Source: Octopus bimaculoides (taxonomy: Eukaryota). Taken from it: a stretch of DNA of 55,470 nt. The notes below the pieces were generated by a model, which did not search any database, had not been told where the DNA came from, and saw only the letters and a list, made by a program, of their open reading frames with translations. Shown here piece after piece: positions 1-13,513 of this stretch. Within the stretch, counting starts at the first letter, position 1. Every line of letters begins with the position of its first letter. The position numbers and the translations under genes were made by a program. Location of the stretch: the NCBI RefSeq assembly GCF_001194135.2, contig NC_068984.1, forward strand, positions 65,654,330-65,709,799. Direction: 5' to 3'.

Positions 1-31
<31 letters not shown>

Positions 32-120
32 CTCACACACAAACACACATATACACACACACACGCATGCTCACTCATGCATGCACACACTCATACACAA
101 CAGTTTAAGTCTACAAAATT

Positions 121-226
121 CCACCCATTAGTCATTGTAAGCTATGAAGGCGATACTTAGCCAAAGTACTGCTAGATGAACCTGAACCAAAGTTATATGG
201 TTTCTATATACCTTTCTTAACTACAG
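121..226 (-). mobile_element. 5' fragment of tRNA-derived SINE family A
   Basis: Degenerate reverse complement of the head of the 31933 copy. Confidence 0.55.
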
Positions 227-297
227 TAGTGGTCATTTACATCTATACTGTTTGTTATATATAATAACCATAAGAACGTGCTAGAATTTGAATTTAC

Positions 298-364
298 GAT
301 CATAGTTGTTATATCAGCATCTTCTTCATTAGACAACTCAAACAGCTGACATGCTGAATGAAAA
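298..364 (-). CDS. Candidate internal exon (FHSACQLFELSNEEDADITTMI), phase 2 to 0
   Basis: Acceptor ttctttcacacag, donor gtaaat, open frame, phase matches the 8541-8673 exon. Confidence 0.3.
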
Positions 365-2940
365 CTGTGTGAAAGAAGTCATAAAATTATAAAGGGATAA
401 TGATTGAGAGCTGGACATAGAGACAGTGTAACTGAAAAGTGAAGCATCAATGCAATAAATTGAGATGGTTGCATAACAAAAAAGTGAATAACTGAAGTGA
501 AACAAGATAACTAACGTGTTGTTATCTATCTTTACTATAGCTTAATGGAAAGTGAATAGTAGGAGGAAAGGAATTCAAGTGGGAGGAGGTAATAAAGCTA
601 ATGTTTCAAGGTGTTAATAAGTGAAAATTTATCAGGTAACTAAGAAAGAGATTACTTATATATACTGATCCAATCTCAATTGAAATGCAAAAGTAGACAT
701 ATGAATATTGAATGGAAGCTGTCTGAAGAAAATTTGACGAAGATTTCAAAACATTATTTTATTATATTTAAATTGTGATACATTTTAAAACGTAATGGAA
801 TATATTATTATCTTATCAATAAGTGCCCACTTAAATAGTGTGTTCATGGCAAAATTTTAGCGATTACTTACAGCTAATGAAAATTCATTAATTTCAGAAT
901 TGTTTGTTGTTATTGTTTTATAATCTTTAGTAAGATCTGAGAGAGCCAAGACTATCATGTTTTTTTTTTTTATTTTACTATAATCTTAACTCAGTCAGGA
1001 TAATCCTTATATTTATTCCTTCAAACATAGTGTATTTAGAACTACATTATCCAATGTGTCCTCCCTTTTACAGGATGTTTCTGTATTGATTTACCTGAAT
1101 GGTTTACATATCTGTAACAATCAATTCTTAAGAAAAATACCTTTTAATCATTATTTAAAAGAAAAAAATATATAAAAGCAAAGGTGAAACAACTTTTGTC
1201 GTTTGTAGGAATGTAGCACACGTAAATCCAAATGAATTTGTACTCAGCAATGCAACTGTGCAAACAATAACATAATTTGGAAAAATAAACAAATAAAAAA
1301 CAAAGAAGCTAGGTTAGATTTTATTAGAAAGTATTTTTCATTGAGGATAGTTTGGAAATGCCTTTCATCATAGATTCTAGGGAATGCTATGATCATCTGA
1401 GGTCTGTTATGAAAGGAAAATATGTTTGCACTTCTAACGCATCATATTGTTAAACTGCTAGGAGATAATTCTCTTCCTGGACTGCATATTGCATAACAGA
1501 TGTATTGACTTCAACTAAATCATAACAAATAAATTGAACACTTGTTGTAATCTTGTGAATATGACTCTCAGTTCTGCTAACCTAAAGTTCTATGGATAGA
1601 CAGGTATTTTTGTTCATTATATTGTGTGATGATGATGATGATGAAAAAGTAAATCATAGGCAAATTCTAGATTCCATTTTTCAACTGAAGTCAACTTAAT
1701 TACATGAATAATATCCTAGGAAGAAGGGAAGCTATTAAAACATTCCTTTGCCATAAATGCCTAAAACTTCAATAATATAAGAATTCAGTATTATTTAAAG
1801 AATAACACTAAAATAAAGGAAGCTGCGGAATACATTTTGTAAAAGATTTAGCATTCTGAATTCACTCATTTACTATTTATTTGATAAAATTAATCCAAAA
1901 TACCATTCCAAAATTATTGTTGAAGAAATCTAATTTAGTATCTCTTGTAGCTCTATAATGAAGAGATAGACGAGTCGTTTTTATTATGTCTTATTGGAAC
2001 TTACATTCTGAGGTTTTTTTAAAATTTTTTTTTTATTTTGTAATAATAATAATAATAATAACATACCAAATGAAGCAATTACAACAACCGAAATTGGATT
2101 TTAGATATATCTATTCTTATCAAAGATTTGATAATAACTATGAAGATGTCCAACAAATAATTACAACATAGCTTTGCTTTCTTAATGGTTGGTTATTTCA
2201 AAAATGTTGCACAAATATATTTACCATTTCCTCCTGGCAAAAATGGATGTAAGCATAACAATAAATAACTGTATTGCTCAATGTCTTGCACATGCTTCTA
2301 CTTTCCAATTAATAGTCGACTTAATCTGAAATATCCCCACAAAATATTTGAAATAATTTAAATTGTTATACCACATTTAACAAATTCTTTATTTGCACAT
2401 TTGGATAGGTTTGGCTTTTATGTTGGTTTATAGTTATAAATATATTCAATTTCTGTAATAAAAATTAGAAACATACTTCAACTGATAAAGTAAATCCCAA
2501 TAGTTTCATTTTTAGGAGAGACGAAATTTAATTTCATGACATTTATAGTTTTTTACCAATTCATTAAGCAAGGAATGAAAACCTTGCTTCCTATGAGAAT
2601 AGCAATAACAATAAAAATTGGCAGAAGAATTAATACAGATAGCAATTAACAGCCATATTTAACTACCAACAGCAGTAGAATTGTAACACATAATTGTATA
2701 TACGTGAACAATAAATAACATCAGAAATAGTAGTAGAAGCATTAGTTTTCCATATAAACAGAAATTCCCTTACAGTAAGATTCATTTGAATGTATTTACT
2801 ATTGGTAAACAGTTATAATCACATTACTTATTTTTGAAGAATGAATGTTAAATTTCCTCCATATTCAACTCAAAAACATTTAAAATATATATATGTATGT
2901 ATGTACAGGTGTGTGTGCATGATTGTATGCATGTATCTTT

Positions 2941-3297
2941 TTTTATCTTTTACTTATTTCAGTCATTAGACCGTGGCCAAACTGGAAGAAATTTAGTTGA
3001 ATAAATTAACTCCAGTAATTTCTTTTTCCTAAACTTGATACCAATTCTATTGGTCTTTTATGCTGAACAGCTAAGTTACAGGGACGTAAATACACCAACA
3101 CCTGTTGTCAAAAGGTGGTGAACAAACACAGAAAAAGACACACACACACACACACACGCACACACAATCGACTTCTTTCAGTTTCCATTAACAGAATTCA
3201 CTCACAAGGCTTTGGTTGGCCAAGGTGCCATGCAGTGAGATTGAACCCAGAACCATGTTGCTGGAAAGTAAACTTCTCATCATAGAGCAATGCCTGT
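2941..3297 (-). mobile_element. tRNA-derived SINE family A with internal (CA)n
   Basis: Colinear with the reverse complement of 31933-32326. Confidence 0.85.
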
Positions 3298-3596
3298 ATC
3301 TATAAATATATTTTCCTCGTTTTATTTTTTGAAATTCTCACCAATGAAGAAGGGGCCAGTTTCTGACCCAGGAAGATCCTTGCAGTCTCTCATTAGTGAT
3401 ATCTACATCTGTGATATCTCATAATGTATACCAATTCTATTGTTATCAATCTGTACCTCTTAATTACCATAGGCAAAAAATTCTACAAAGCTTCAAGAAT
3501 TTACAAACCCATCCTATTTCTAATCATGTGGGCATGTATTTTTGTATATATTTGTTATTATTTTTGCTTGTATAATCAGTTATATATGTATGTGTG

Positions 3597-3636
3597 AACT
3601 GCCGTGTGTGTGTGTGTATGTGTGTGTGCACACGTG

Positions 3637-3700
<64 letters not shown>
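3597..3700. repeat. (GT)n/(CA)n microsatellite
   Basis: Direct reading. Confidence 0.95.
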
Positions 3701-3702
<2 letters not shown>

Positions 3703-4432
3703 AATATATGCAGTTTGATTCAGAATTCTTTTTAGCAATTAAACAGCATGAGAAATTATTACCATTTGTTTTGCTACAATTTTCTTTTTATACATATCTA
3801 TCTGCTTTCCTAACTAAGTTTCATGTTTTAGTTAGGAAGAAAGGCAGGGTCAATGATCTGCTGCAGCGCCTCCAAGAATGGTGGGAGAAATGGAGAAAAG
3901 TATCGCCAACCCAGAAACATAGCTTTGTTGTGTTAAGTGTGGAGGAGAATTAATACTACAACACTATGCTTATATAGAACCACATTAGAATTTGAACTCG
4001 GAATGGTAAGAGCTGGACAAATACTGCAAGGTGTCCAGTTTGCCATTCTTGAAGTCCCACTATGTTACAAGCATTTGGGCCAGGTCTCCAGGTCAAGAAT
4101 ACCTGACTTTCTCCCTCTCACCACACAAACACAAACATCATATAGACATGTCATGAGAAGCAATAATGATGTTTTTGTTGTTTTATTTTACTAAATTTTT
4201 AAGTACTACATAGTCTTTTTTTCCTTTAGCAAGTTACACTTTAAGTTGTCTTTAGTTTATTTATTCAGGTAGTTTTACTCATTCAGTTAATCAGGTGTTA
4301 TGGTTACAAGCGGATGTGCAGATGAGCTCTCACCATTTCATTTAATTGATATTTTTGACACTGAATGTTTGACAGTTTACTTCAGGTGTTTGTCTGAAAA
4401 TATCTATGAGTTGACTAAAGTTTCTATCATAA

Positions 4433-4652
4433 ATATTCTTTTCTACTCTAGGCACAAGGACCAAATTTTTTTGGGAGGGGGCCAGTTGATTAAATAGATC
4501 CCAATATGCAACTAGTACTTAATTTATTTATCCCGAAAGGATGAAAGGCAAAGTCGACCTCAGCAGAATTTGAACCCAGGACATAAAGACAGACAAAATA
4601 CTGATAAGCATTTTGCCCAGTGTGCTAATGTTTCTGCCAGCTCATCACCTTG
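4433..4652 (-). mobile_element. tRNA-derived SINE family B
   Basis: gaaaggatgaaaggcaaagtcgacctcagcagaatttgaac core shared with 32347 and 34567 copies. Confidence 0.85.
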
Positions 4653-5137
4653 TTTCCATCATACTGACAGAAAATTCTGACAATTTGTTTCATGATAAAG
4701 TACAATTATTTCATATCTTAATCTGAACTTTGATGTCACATGTTAAAATTAATTCAACTTCACACCTCATCAGGAGTGTTCTCATTGATACTGCATGGGC
4801 TGATGTAATTTTGGCTCTGTAATCTTACTACAATGCTATCTCTATCAATTATTTTTCTTGTGTCACTTTCTAACTTATAGAGTGATAAGTATTTTCATAA
4901 TAGTTATAAAGGTGACTTGAGATATATGTCTTCATATATTTCTCAACATCACACATCTTTAGCTGACAAGTTTTGATCCAACACAATATTGTGAGAAATC
5001 AATATCTGGCAGTGAGAGAAATTTTGTTTATCAGACAAACAATTTTCTCTGGAAAGTGTTTAAAAGTGGAACTTAACACTATTGGAGATATTGGAAGATG
5101 ATTCTGTTATGATTTTATTTCAATTTTAGAGTGACAG

Positions 5138-5243
5138 AAAATTCTTATCACTGAAATAAATTTGAGATCTGTAAAAGAAATCAAATATCTAAAATACAGT
5201 ATTTGCAATGTACACAACAAAAATTTCACAAGATCAGGGATTG
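5138..5243 (+). CDS. Candidate exon of alternative plus-strand model (KILITEINLRSVKEIKYLKYSICNVHNKNFTRSGI), phase 0 to 1
   Basis: AG acceptor, gtgagt donor, 35 open codons. Confidence 0.2.
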
Positions 5244-5440
5244 GTGAGTTCATCTTCCCTAAAACAATTGAATTTAGCATTGACAAAGAATTATTTATGC
5301 TAGCTTAAACATTTTTAATATTGGATGAAGACAGTTGGGTATAAATTTTGAACTGCTGGTTATGATTTTTAAAAAATCATTCGCTATTGATTTTAATTCT
5401 TTTCTCAACATTATTAAATCCACGCATATTGCATAAACAT

Positions 5441-5836
5441 ATACTCTTTTACTCTTCTACTTGTTTCAGTCATTTGACCGCCACCATGCTGGAGCACCAC
5501 CTTTAGCTGAGCAAATCAACCCCAGGACTTATTCTTTGCAAGCCTAGTACTTATTAATCATATAGGTCTCTTTTGCTGAACTGCTAACTTATAGGGACAT
5601 AAAAACACCAACATTGGTTGTCAAGCGATGATGGTGCGGACAAACACAGACACAAACATACACACACACACACATGTATATGTATATACGATGGGCCTCT
5701 TTCAGTTTCCATCTACCAAATCAACTCACAAAGCTTTGGTTGGCCTGAGGCTATAGTAGAAGACACTTACCCAAGGTGCCGCACAATGGGACTGAACCCA
5801 GAACCATATAGTTGGTAAGCAAGCTACTTACCACAC
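5441..5836 (-). mobile_element. SINE family A, near full length
   Basis: Reverse complement of 31933-32326 including head and gtaaaagag tail. Confidence 0.9.
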
Positions 5837-6262
5837 AAACACTGATGACCTTTATAATAACAAAATGTGTGTCTGCTTGCAGCATTCCAGATCAAAATAG
5901 TACAATACCTAAAGTTCATTCAACTGTTTCAACAATATCAAGCCTCATATCATTCTTCTTTCAGAGCACAGATGATGTCAGAAAAATATGACTAGAGTGA
6001 GAGCAATAACCCATGATCACCTGAGCTTTACTTACAAAAAGCGTGCTTCAAATTTCTATTCAAAACAGTTTAGTTTATAAAATTGAATTAAAATGGATAT
6101 TCTTTTTATGTCAATATGGCTCCTGTTGATTCATAACAATTTCTGCTGTCTTGAGAGGTTTATTTTAATACACAACATTTAAGCAGAAATTTTTACTAGT
6201 TTTTTACTATATATATATATATATGTTTGTATAAAGATATATATGTATATTTTATATATACA

Positions 6263-6682
6263 GGCACAGGCATGGTGGTGTGGTATGAAGCTTGCTTCCC
6301 AACTACATGTTTCCAGGTAGGTTCAGTCCCACTGTGTGGCATTTTGAGCAAGTGTCTTCTATAGCCTCAGGTCAACCAAAGCCTTGTGAGCAGATTTGAT
6401 AGACAGAAACTGAAAGAAGCTTATCGTATATGTGTGTGTGTGTATGTGTGTGTGTGCGTGTGTGTGTGTGTGTATGTTTGTCCCCCAACACCATTGCTTG
6501 ACAACCAATATCAGTGTGTTTACATCCCTGTATCTTAGTGGTTCGGCAAAAGAGACCAAAAGAATAAATACTAGGCTTAGAAAAGATAAGTCTTGGCATC
6601 GATTCATTCAACTAGTGATGGTGCTCCAGCATGGCTGCAATAAAATGACTAAAACCAATAAAAGAATAAAGTAAAAGAATAT
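6263..6682 (+). mobile_element. SINE family A, near full length
   Basis: Degenerate A box, B box ggttcagtccc, internal (TG)n, A-rich tail. Confidence 0.9.
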
Positions 6683-6689
6683 ATATCCT

Positions 6690-7700
6690 TCATATGGTAA
6701 GAGATTCAGGGACATCCTAACTGAGAATTTGATGAGAGGGAGAAACAGCTACAAACTTGTGATATAGAGGGCAACTGGGAATTTCTGTAAGACAGCTTGC
6801 TGAGTGTAACTGCTCAAATCTGTGGTTGGTGCAAAGTCCCTTTCAAACCCAGGGTAATGTGGTGGGGAAACAATACCATAGACAGGACCATTAGAGGAAA
6901 GAAACTGGCCTGTAAGAGTGGGGGCAGCAGGAAACTGCATCAGATAGCCAGAAGGGAAGCTAAGAGACAAGTATATCTAGCCAAGGGAGAAGCAGAAAAG
7001 ACGTTTTCTAATGTTCTGTGTCATGAGGACCAACGAACTGAGTATTTCAGATTGCAAGACAGTGTGTGAGAGAAAATTGTGATGTCATAAGAAAGAAATG
7101 TGTCGAGGTAGAAGCACCACTGACGCTATATTTCTGGTAAGGGAACTTACAGAGAAATACCTAGCCAAAGATAAACCTCTGAGCTTGGCTTTTGTTGACT
7201 TGGAGAAAGCTTTTGACAGAGTCCTCTGATCTGCTATCTGATGGTCAATGCTGAAACTAGGGATAGATGAGTGGTTGGTACAAGCCTTGTACAGGGATGC
7301 TACCAGCAAGGTGAGGGTGGGAAACGTGTACAGCAAAGAATTCAGGGTACAAGTAGGGGTTCACCTGCTCAATCTGTAGAAAAGTAGGTAAAAACTCCAT
7401 AAGCTTTGGACACACAAAAGGTGCAGCAACATCAAAGGAAGGTTAACAGAGAAACTAACTTTTGGATGTGGAAGGTGCACAGGCATAATAAATGCTGAAC
7501 ATGTGTGGAAAATAGATTACATCAACTGCCGGGGGGGGGGGGAAGCTAGAGGTAGTAGATAGCTTCCAGTATCTAGGCGACTAGCTTAGTAGTGGAGATG
7601 GTTGTTCCAAGAGCGTAGCTGTGAAAATAAGATTAGGCTGGGCAAAGTCCAGAGAGCTCCTACCCCTATTGGCAACTAAGGGCCACTCTCAGAAGCAGAC
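6690..7700 (+). mobile_element. Degraded RTE-clade LINE with internal deletions, RT fragment
   Basis: 7103-7365 translates STTDAIFLVRELTEKYLAKDKPLSLAFVDLEKAFDRV*...KVRVGNVYSKEFRVQVGVH, typical RTE RT motifs, with stops. Confidence 0.9.
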
Positions 7701-7799
7701 ATAATGAGAAGACAAGTATTTTTTTTAAAGTGGTTTATAAAATAGTAGCCTACAACCCATTGTTTGCAAACAAACTTAGCTGATTCTTATTAGGCAGTG

Positions 7800-8017
7800 A
7801 ATGTACTTCATCGGCTTACTACTAGGAACATAACCAACACTTAAATATTTAGTCATATATATACATGATGGGCTTCTTTCAGTTTCCATCCACCAAATCC
7901 GCTCACAAGGCTCTCGAAGGCCATGAGCTATAGCAGAAGATACTTGCCCAAGGAGCCACACAATGGGACTGAACCCAGAACCATGTGAGTGAGAAGCAAA
8001 CTTCTTACCACACAGCC
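7800..8017 (-). mobile_element. SINE family A, partial
   Basis: ttctttcagtttccatccaccaaatccgctcacaagg...gggactgaacccagaaccatgtg. Confidence 0.8.
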
Positions 8018-8540
8018 ATATCTACACTTATTTGTTTTTAAACAGTAATTCATTTTGGACTAATTTTTTAAAATAGCATTAAAACTTGATAAACTTGATT
8101 AGATTTTGAAAATATCACTTCCATAATCAAGTTGATATCAGATAGTAGAGTACACAACAAAGTAAATTTGCTCATCTCGTGATATTGATAAAACAAATAC
8201 TGGTAATATACTAGAGTATAAATATCCAGTTGAGTATTGTCCTTTCAAAAACAATTGGTTTTCTGTCTCTGTAAGAAATCAACATTTGTTTAACAGCTGT
8301 TTTCAACAAGAAAACAAAAGCAAACAAGAAACAAACAAAATTCTATGGAAATTATTAGACAAAAGCTGGAAATATATCAAAGTTTATAATCAAATTAATA
8401 ATGCATGTTTTTCATTCTATCTTTTTATACTATTAATTTATAATTATGCAATGACAAGCAATTATTATTTATTGCATTCTAGAAGAAAATGATACATATG
8501 CATGGTTTGAGTAAATAAGACTGCTGGACAAAAGACTTAC

Positions 8541-8673
8541 AAACAGACCTTAAAAGAGATTATCTCATCAAAACACGCTTGTAGGATACAACTGTAATAA
8601 CAGAGGACACCTGACAGCAGCCGCAAAAATACCATTTCATTATCCAAGGGATTACAGTTGAAAATATATTTTA
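8541..8673 (-). CDS. Candidate internal exon (KYIFNCNPLDNEMVFLRLLSGVLCYYSCILQACFDEIISFKVC), phase 1 to 2
   Basis: ttttag acceptor, consensus gtaagt donor, 43 open codons, retains CpGs in CpG-poor surroundings. Confidence 0.5.
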
Positions 8674-9299
8674 CTAAAACTAATTTCCACACATTTTGAT
8701 TCTTATGACATGTAGATACACTTTGCAGAATGTTTCTATTATTTTTGCGTCTTTTGCTTTTACCATAATCTTTTCTTTTTTCTTGTTGTTAGATCTTATT
8801 ATTAAAAGCTATTTTATTAACAAACGTTTAGTAATTAAAGAGATACTTCAGTCTTGATTTCTGAAAGGAATGTTAATTTTAAGAAATTGAGAAATTTTAG
8901 ATTTTTAAATTTTAAATATATGTTCGTCTATAGTTTAATATTGAATAAATTGAATTAAATGCTAGTCAATTCAGTAAACTAAATTGCATTTTTCATTATG
9001 AAATAGCAAAATTTGCATTCCATAAAAGCTAGTGGGATCTCTTGAAATTTTAGTTTACAATAGATTTTATAGAATGGGAATTCATAATCCAAGGTGCAAA
9101 AGCCTTTACAAAACTAACAAAATAAAGAGACTTGGAAACAGCTTTTTAATGCAAGTGCAATCATTCAAAAACTTCACATAGTAGATGCTAGAGAGTTTCA
9201 AGGATTATCAGCAAAGAATGCACACCATTTTGGAGCCTTCGTCTTGACAGCCTTACAGTGCACCAGCCCCACTCACTAATGTGAGGCTCCTACCTACTG

Positions 9300-10170
9300 C
9301 TTTGACTGAATAGTATTCAAAATTTTGGGTTCATTTTGGGACCATCACCTTTCCAGCCAGGTTTTGTCATTTCTTTTCACCCATATCCAATAGCTGGTCC
9401 TCTCACCTGTCACTTGGTACGCCTTCAAAAGGGCACTTGCTTGCCAATATTAGATAGCAACTGATAGTAGCCACCATCTCAGTTTGATCCCAATAAAACC
9501 CCAACATCCAACTTCTACAGGAATGTTTACTGCACTTCAACAGCATTTATGCAGTCATCCAGTAGCATTTCATAATGCTCATCTCTCCTAACCTGGACTG
9601 AATCTAAATTGTCTTCATGTGGAACAGTTAATTCAACAAGCTGGTCATATGTTCCTCACATGATATTGTCATATCCAGCTTCTTCCTTGTTTGTATTGGA
9701 AGGAAACATTCACACTCTACAAGATCTGCTGCTACCTCTCATACTCCATCTCAGTTCTCATCATTCAGATTTTTTTCTTTTTTTGGGTAATCATCTTGAC
9801 CTTGATGGACAAACATGATAAACTGTTTACTGCCATGCTTCTGTGGTTTCTTGTCACCATTGATTTCTGCCATCTGCTTCTTAATACCACTATGAAGAAC
9901 TTTGAGGACCACATTGTGTCTCCATGTATACCTTTCCGATAATATTGAGGATTAGATAGGATATACTTTAGCTTGCTAGCTTTACCACATCTATACTTGT
10001 CATCATTTACTATTTTCCATCTCAACAGATTGCATGCGTATAGCAGTACACCATAGGTGGCTTGAAGAAAGAAACTCAAGCATGATGTACTCCACCTTTA
10101 AATCTCATCCTGAACTCACCTTCCTGTTAATAACTTAATCTTCACACTTGATCACCTGGCTTTGCTGAGG
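9300..10170 (-). mobile_element. 3' remnant of an RLE-type non-LTR retrotransposon (Hero/NeSL-like)
   Basis: FFLQATYGVLLYACNLLRWKIVNDDKYRCGKASKLKYILSN (decayed Zn knuckle) then QLVELTVPHEDNLDSVQVRRDEHYE (ELTVP..E.N RLE motif). Confidence 0.7.
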
Positions 10171-10232
10171 GCATTAATCAACAATTCTAAATATTCAAAT
10201 ATTTCTAAAAGATTTCAGATTTAAAATCTACT

Positions 10233-10265
10233 GTGCACACAAACACAGACACACACACACACACA

Positions 10266-10318
<53 letters not shown>

Positions 10319-10319
10319 A
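10233..10319. repeat. (CA)n microsatellite
   Basis: Direct reading. Confidence 0.95.
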
Positions 10320-11001
10320 GCAAAAAAAAATCAAGATTCATGGCCTTGAGATATCAAGATCATAAAACTATGAATCTACATTTTTCGAAAGAAAATTTAT
10401 TCAAGTAAATTTAGAAATTATCATGCACTAAAGACAGTCTCATTAAATGTTTTAACCAAAATATATTTCTCAATTGGCCAATGATAAAATCTAATTAAAT
10501 TTTAAACATATTTCCAATAATGCATAATTCTCATTGTAGCTTTTCCACTAAAAGCAGTTTTATAATTGTGTATATATACATATCTTTATATCATGAAACA
10601 TATTTAGGGAAATTCCTCTTCCACCACCGCCACCGCTACCACCACCACTGCATTTTATGAATTTGTCTCAGTAGGAGAAGAGAGCAATGCTTCAAACATA
10701 AGTTAGCAATACATATGTTCTATTTCAATTCATGATGAAAAACATAAGATAAGTATGAGCTAGAATAGTCATTTCAAAGAAATGTGCTTCAGGAGGAAAA
10801 AGAAATTAAGAAATATTTAGTACAGATCTTTAGATTTAAAAAGCAGATTTCATAAAATCTTTTTTCTTGAGAGGTACAATTAATACAACTCTGCAGTACA
10901 GAAATGGTGAGAATGTTTATGCATATAGTTACACAAAGGCAGTTTTTGCGCAAATGATGACCATTTTGTATCATTTTCATCTGTGGGTATATGCCTTTTA
11001 G

Positions 11002-11128
11002 ATGGCCTTAGGACAGCTTTTAGATCATTTATTCTAGTTACACAGCAGAATCTTTTGAAAACTTTTCCAGGAGACACTGGAGACACATTTATAACATGGG
11101 GTTGCAGTGCAGAGAAACATATGCAAAA
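11002..11128 (+). CDS. Candidate exon of plus-strand model (GLRTAFRSFILVTQQNLLKTFPGDTGDTFITWGCSAEKHMQ), phase 1 to 2
   Basis: gccttttag acceptor, gtaatg donor, open frame; the minus strand is also open here (10880-11188). Confidence 0.25.
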
Positions 11129-11903
11129 GTAATGATGGTTTCCATTACTCAAAACTGGTTCCAGAGAGGCAAAAAAAAATTCAATCAATTAATAATACAT
11201 GTAATAAACAAAGAATTAACATAGGTTCAACCATTGCTGTATTTGGAGGATCAGAAAATGGGTAAAGTAGTAACTACTATGCAATATTTTCATATTGAGT
11301 TAGTTGCTATAACAGAACGGTAATTAATACTACTAATCTTAGAGCTCTCCAAAAGAAGAGATATTCTGAGTTAAAAAACTGATTTTTCTAAGATTTAATA
11401 TCAATAATTCAGTACCATTTAGTCTTGGAATTTCAAGCCATAAAAATTATTCATGAGGAGTGTACTTGTGCCATACATAGTGCTGGTTAAGATGTAATAT
11501 GTACATATTACCATTTAAAATTTTTTATGACAGTCTTGAAACATTTAACATACAATTTTTCATCCCAAACTTTGAAAATTTCTAAGGTAGAAAGGTAAAA
11601 TTGGATGTAAGTTCTGGTTATTAAGTTATTAGTTATTTAAAAGTTATTGCTTATGCTCACCTCTGTTAAAAGTTCTTTTGGTAAGCTTAATTCAAGAACA
11701 ATAAGTGAAACATTTTAATACATCAAACATGTTATATCATTTGATAGTAGAAATCCCTGAATCTGAATGACAAATGAAAGCAAATAACTTTAATGAGTGG
11801 TGCAGAAATCCATCTGTTAACTGAATCAAGGAAACGGTGATTGCATTGGTTTTTCAAACTGTTGATACTTTTTATTTTTTGCAACTCCTGACAGAATACT
11901 CAC

Positions 11904-11932
11904 CATTTTCTGGTGATGGGGCAGAATAGATA
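11904..11932 (-). CDS. Candidate 29-nt exon (IYSAPSPEN)
   Basis: ttgtcttatag acceptor, consensus atg|gtgagt donor; all frames are open so phase is not informative. Confidence 0.3.
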
Positions 11933-11944
11933 CTATAAGACAAC

Positions 11945-12125
11945 CTATCCAATGCTCTAGCAATTCTGTCAACCCACCACACTCTTGGCTAGTACATTTT
12001 TATTCATTCAAAGGGCAAAGTTGACCCTAGTGCAAGTTGAACTAAGATTGCAAAGAATCAGAACATATACTGCAAGATATTTTATCCAGCACTTTAATGA
12101 CTCCTCCAGTTCACTGCCTTTTAAG
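11945..12125. mobile_element. Degenerate SINE family B remnant
   Basis: caaagggcaaagttgaccctagtgcaagttgaact and agcaattctgtcaacccacc resemble family B. Confidence 0.5.
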
Positions 12126-12987
12126 AGTGGTAAAAGTCTTTGAGCTTCTATTTAGGAACTTACACAGATATAATGACTGATTACATAATAAATTTAAAAG
12201 AAAACTGAAATAATTACCATTATTTTTTATTTAGCAATTGTAATATATATATTTTTTTTTAATTTCTGAGAGCTTTCACAACAGGCTTATGACTCAAAAA
12301 CATATGATAGTAAATGTATAGAACTGTTGTATTAACATCAAGAAAGAGCAAATTAACGTATCAAAGTATAAGGTCACAATTAGTAAATGAGACAAACTTT
12401 CAGCTGATTTTTGTCACCAGAGGAAATAGGAACAGGAAAACAGACAGATGAGATATACGTGAAACTGATGACATTAAAGACATCAACTTGATATTTCATA
12501 GACTGTTGAATATATCATATTGGATTAATATATAATGAACTGTTCCAAAGTTGCAAATAATATATAACCCACAGATTGCTCTTAGTAAATTATCAATGTT
12601 TGAATGCAGAAATGTTATTGAGCAGCAAGTTATTGACTTTTTAAACATTTTAAATGGTTTTAAATTTCAATGTGGATGCTCCAGATAGCCTTCAGCATTA
12701 ACTGCTCACCTTGTACATTGAGAGTTTGCTCTGGCACTGCTTCAATGCCTTCCTTTTATCTTCTTTTCAACTACTCTTGCCTACAACTATATATAATATG
12801 GGGTAGACATATAGCAAGATACCCGTACTCTATAGCAAGATACCTGTACTCACCTCTCTATCTTATTTTAGCCTTCTAACGTATGGCATAAGTTCACCTC
12901 TTAAATTCTCTCCACTTAGTAGTAAGAGCTTTTTCCTTTTTCTCTCCCTCTTCTTTTTTGCATGAAAAAAGCACTCAATATATTCTG

Positions 12988-13135
12988 TAAAGTAGTTGGC
13001 ATTAAGAAGAGCATCCAGCCATAGAAATCATGCCAAAGCTGACATTGGAGCCTAACATGGCATTGCAACTCAACAGAGGCTGACAAACCGTTAAACCCAT
13101 GCCAGTATGGAAAATGGATGTTAAATGTTGATGGC
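12988..13135 (+). mobile_element. RTE-type 3' tail repeat
   Basis: gttggcattaagaagagcatccagcc...aacccatgccagtatggaaaatggatgttaaatg, shared with 28380 and 34908. Confidence 0.75.
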
Positions 13136-13468
13136 TTCTCTTATTCTATCCTGGTCTACATTGCATTTCATCAACTAGGCTCAATAAAATAAATACTAGT
13201 CACCAACATTTATTATTAAATTGATTATACTTCAATCTAGCAAAATTGTGGTATTTTTCCCATGTAATAATTATTATTACCATTTTTACCATCATTATTG
13301 TTATTATTATTCCAGTAATCTAATGAAACAACTCGGCATATATACCAGTGTACCAAAATGTATGTCATATATGATTCTCTGCTTTGGGTTATCTCTTATA
13401 AAGATCAATCATCTATCAGTATTTGCAAAATTAAGTTCTAATATCAAATATGCTGAAAATATTATCAC

Positions 13469-13513
13469 CTTTCAGGGAAAAAAAGGCCCTGTCCCTTGTC
13501 GTAGTTAATATTG
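13469..13513 (-). CDS. Candidate 45-nt exon (NINYDKGQGLFFPE), phase 2 to 2
   Basis: gtgctatgtag acceptor, aag|gtgata donor. Confidence 0.3.

Noticed and set aside
11070-11128. PG.......TWGCS resembling the CDKAL1/MiaB N-terminal motif
   Set aside because: Following residues do not match HNNSDGE and no other radical-SAM motif is present
12820-12860. Short tandem duplications here and at 18941-18979
   Set aside because: Ordinary slippage duplications of about 20 bp
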